From Alphaproteobacteria bacterium (GTDB lineage: Bacteria > Pseudomonadota > Alphaproteobacteria > UBA6615), in assembly GCA_050246875.1 (NCBI GenBank), contig JBFWVF010000005.1, forward strand, positions 192,212 through 256,211: a DNA stretch of 64,000 bases, given 5' to 3'. Every line of letters begins with the position of its first letter. Within the stretch, counting starts at the first letter, position 1. Under the pieces are notes generated by a model, which did no database searches, was not told the origin of the DNA, and saw only the letters and a list, made by a program, of their open reading frames with translations. The position numbers and the translations under genes were made by a program. Positions 62,720 through 64,000 of the stretch are shown piece by piece.

Positions 62720-63043
62720 CTAAGTGCGCAACCGGTGCAAGATTCTGTAACCATTTTCTTGCGTGGCGTACGCCGCTCGCCCGCCGGTGTCGGAAGCGTC
62801 ACTTCCATCGATGAAGCCAGCATCCAATGCCAGCCAGCCGTGGTAGGCGATCTGTTCGCGGCTATAGCTTTCGATCTCGATCTCCGCGGTAAATGCAGGC
62901 TCGTCCCCTTGGGCCTCGACGTAGAGCAGAATTTCTCGGAGTAGGCCGAGGTCGCGCTTCATTGCCGCCGCCCACAGCATCCGCGTCGCACAATCCTGCC
63001 AAATCTGCACCGATTGCGCGAACATGGGCGGAAACATGGGCAT
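62720..63043 (-). CDS. DUF2513-like hypothetical protein
   Basis: …MKRDLGLLREILLYVEAQGDEPAFTAEIEIESYSREQIAYHGWLALDAGFIDGSD… resembles DUF2513 (MKRD…IR.ILL..E). Lower-GC coding region; start uncertain (63043 or 62962). Confidence 0.4.
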   Translation of the reverse strand: MPMFPPMFAQSVQIWQDCATRMLWAAAMKRDLGLLREILLYVEAQGDEPAFTAEIEIESYSREQIAYHGWLALDAGFIDGSDASDTGGRAAYATQENGYRILHRLRT

Positions 63044-63092
63044 GCCAGAACGATCATGCCTAAGCCTTTGATCAAACGAAAAGTCTGGCAGA

Positions 63093-63106
63093 CACCCCAT
63101 CCGCCA
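63093..63106. repeat. 14-bp direct repeat CACCCCATCCGCCA identical to the tRNA-Ser 3' end (candidate attR of the island)
   Basis: Exact 14-mer (next base differs, then TTG) also present at 50925..50938 inside the tRNA-Ser. About 12.2 kb downstream, on the integrase side. Confidence 0.6.
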
Positions 63107-63141
63107 TTTGGCAGCGATGGCAGTGTCGTGCGGGGAATCCC

Positions 63142-63690
63142 CTACCCGCCGCCCTGCGCCAGCGGCTTCGCGTTCCATGTCGCGGTGAAGCGCATGGCGG
63201 CGAAGTGGAAGCCGATGAAGCTGCCGACCTCCATGATCTCGGCGTCGCTCCAGTGCCGGCGCATGCCGTCGTAGAAGGCGCGGTCGACCTTCTCGGCGTC
63301 GAGGAAGAGCTGGTCGCCGTAGCGCATGAACCACTTCTCGGCGTCGGTGAAGAGGGCTGAGTCGTCGTAATCGCCGAGCGCCGCCTGCACCTCCTCCTCG
63401 GTCATGCCCTCGGCGATCGCCTTCTTCGAGCGCAGGCCGGAGAAGTAGCTGTCGCCGCAGAACTGCGCGAGCTGCAGGCGGATCAGCTCCTTCAGGCGAT
63501 GGGGGACGTTACCCTCGTAGTGCGATTGCAGGATCATCCGCATCGTCGGCACGGCCATGGTGTTGGCGCGCGCGATGATGCGGACGAACAGGGAGTCGGG
63601 CACGCCCAGCTCCTCGTCGCAGCGCCGCGCGATCTCGCGCAGCTCCGGGTCCTCGATGTCGTCGAGCGCCAGCGGCCGGATGTTCGACAT
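63142..63690 (-). CDS. Carboxymuconolactone decarboxylase (AhpD-like) family protein
   Basis: 182 aa, CMD-family core (…EEVQAALGDYDDSALFTDAEKWFMRY…). Confidence 0.7.
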   Translation of the reverse strand: MSNIRPLALDDIEDPELREIARRCDEELGVPDSLFVRIIARANTMAVPTMRMILQSHYEGNVPHRLKELIRLQLAQFCGDSYFSGLRSKKAIAEGMTEEEVQAALGDYDDSALFTDAEKWFMRYGDQLFLDAEKVDRAFYDGMRRHWSDAEIMEVGSFIGFHFAAMRFTATWNAKPLAQGGG

Positions 63691-64000
63691 CACTCGGCCG
63701 CCTCCGCCTTGCGCAGCGAGGTCGGCGCCGCGCCATAGAGACGCGCCGACTCCTCCTGGCTCACCAGCCGCCCGTCGGGCGCGAACATCGGGTAGAACTT
63801 GAGCGACCCGAAGAAGGTATGGAAGCCGAGGTTGTAGAACATGAACACGCCGAGCTCGGTGATCTCGTCCTCGCTCAGCACCGCGCGCATCTCGTCGTAG
63901 AACGCCGCGTCGACCGAGTGCGGGTCGGAACCCATCGCCTCGGAGTAGCGCAGCATCATCTTTTCCTTGGCCGAGAAGTTGGGGCTGTCGGCCCAGTTCT
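63690..64000 (-). CDS. Carboxymuconolactone decarboxylase (AhpD-like) family protein, 5' end beyond window
   Basis: …NFSAKEKMMLRYSEAMGSDPHSVDAAFYDEMRAVLSEDEITELGVFMFYNLG… CMD family motif. The reading frame stays open to the window edge, so the gene is partial. Confidence 0.65.
   Translation of the reverse strand, partial: NWADSPNFSAKEKMMLRYSEAMGSDPHSVDAAFYDEMRAVLSEDEITELGVFMFYNLGFHTFFGSLKFYPMFAPDGRLVSQEESARLYGAAPTSLRKAEAAE

Overview
This is a high-GC (~67%) alphaproteobacterial chromosome segment. Gene order is Rhodospirillales/Rhizobiales-like: ntrC(3' end)-ntrY-ntrX-trkA-dat-hfq-hflX, then mazG and other housekeeping genes.

The window contains a complete Caulobacter-type Tad/Flp pilus locus. 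It comprises flp-cpaA-cpaB-cpaC-cpaD-cpaE-cpaF-tadB-tadC, tadD on the opposite strand, and two tadE/F-like genes. A tadG-like gene sits upstream, separated from the locus by an nhaP2 K+/H+ antiporter. A perfect CtrA box (TTAA-N7-TTAA) lies in the flp promoter. A marR gene sits immediately after tadF.

A conserved housekeeping block follows (metG-tatD, holB-tmk-dacC-rlpA-mltB). After it come a persulfide-dioxygenase-rhodanese fusion, an SDR/formamidase/AKR cluster and a large SAM-cyclase-ATPase-TPR signalling protein.

Points that stand out:
- A dispersed MITE-like inverted-repeat family occurs in 4 copies.
- A distinct nested-palindrome REP-like element sits inside the tad operon between tadB and tadC.
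- A ~390-bp AT-rich islet (~30% GC) carries two tiny single-TM peptide genes.
- A ~12-kb tRNA-Ser-linked island is bounded by a 14-bp direct repeat of the tRNA 3' end. It carries a P4-type integrase broken by an in-frame TAG, dapA-like and DUF2513 genes, and a complete kdp system.
- The kdp gene order is non-canonical: kdpF-kdpB-(second KdpF-like peptide)-kdpA-kdpC-kdpD-kdpE.

The window ends with two AhpD/CMD-family genes, the second running off the end. No rRNA, CRISPR or IS transposase was found.

Coordinates for non-ORF features (repeats, tRNA, hairpins) are read by eye and may be off by 1-2 nt.
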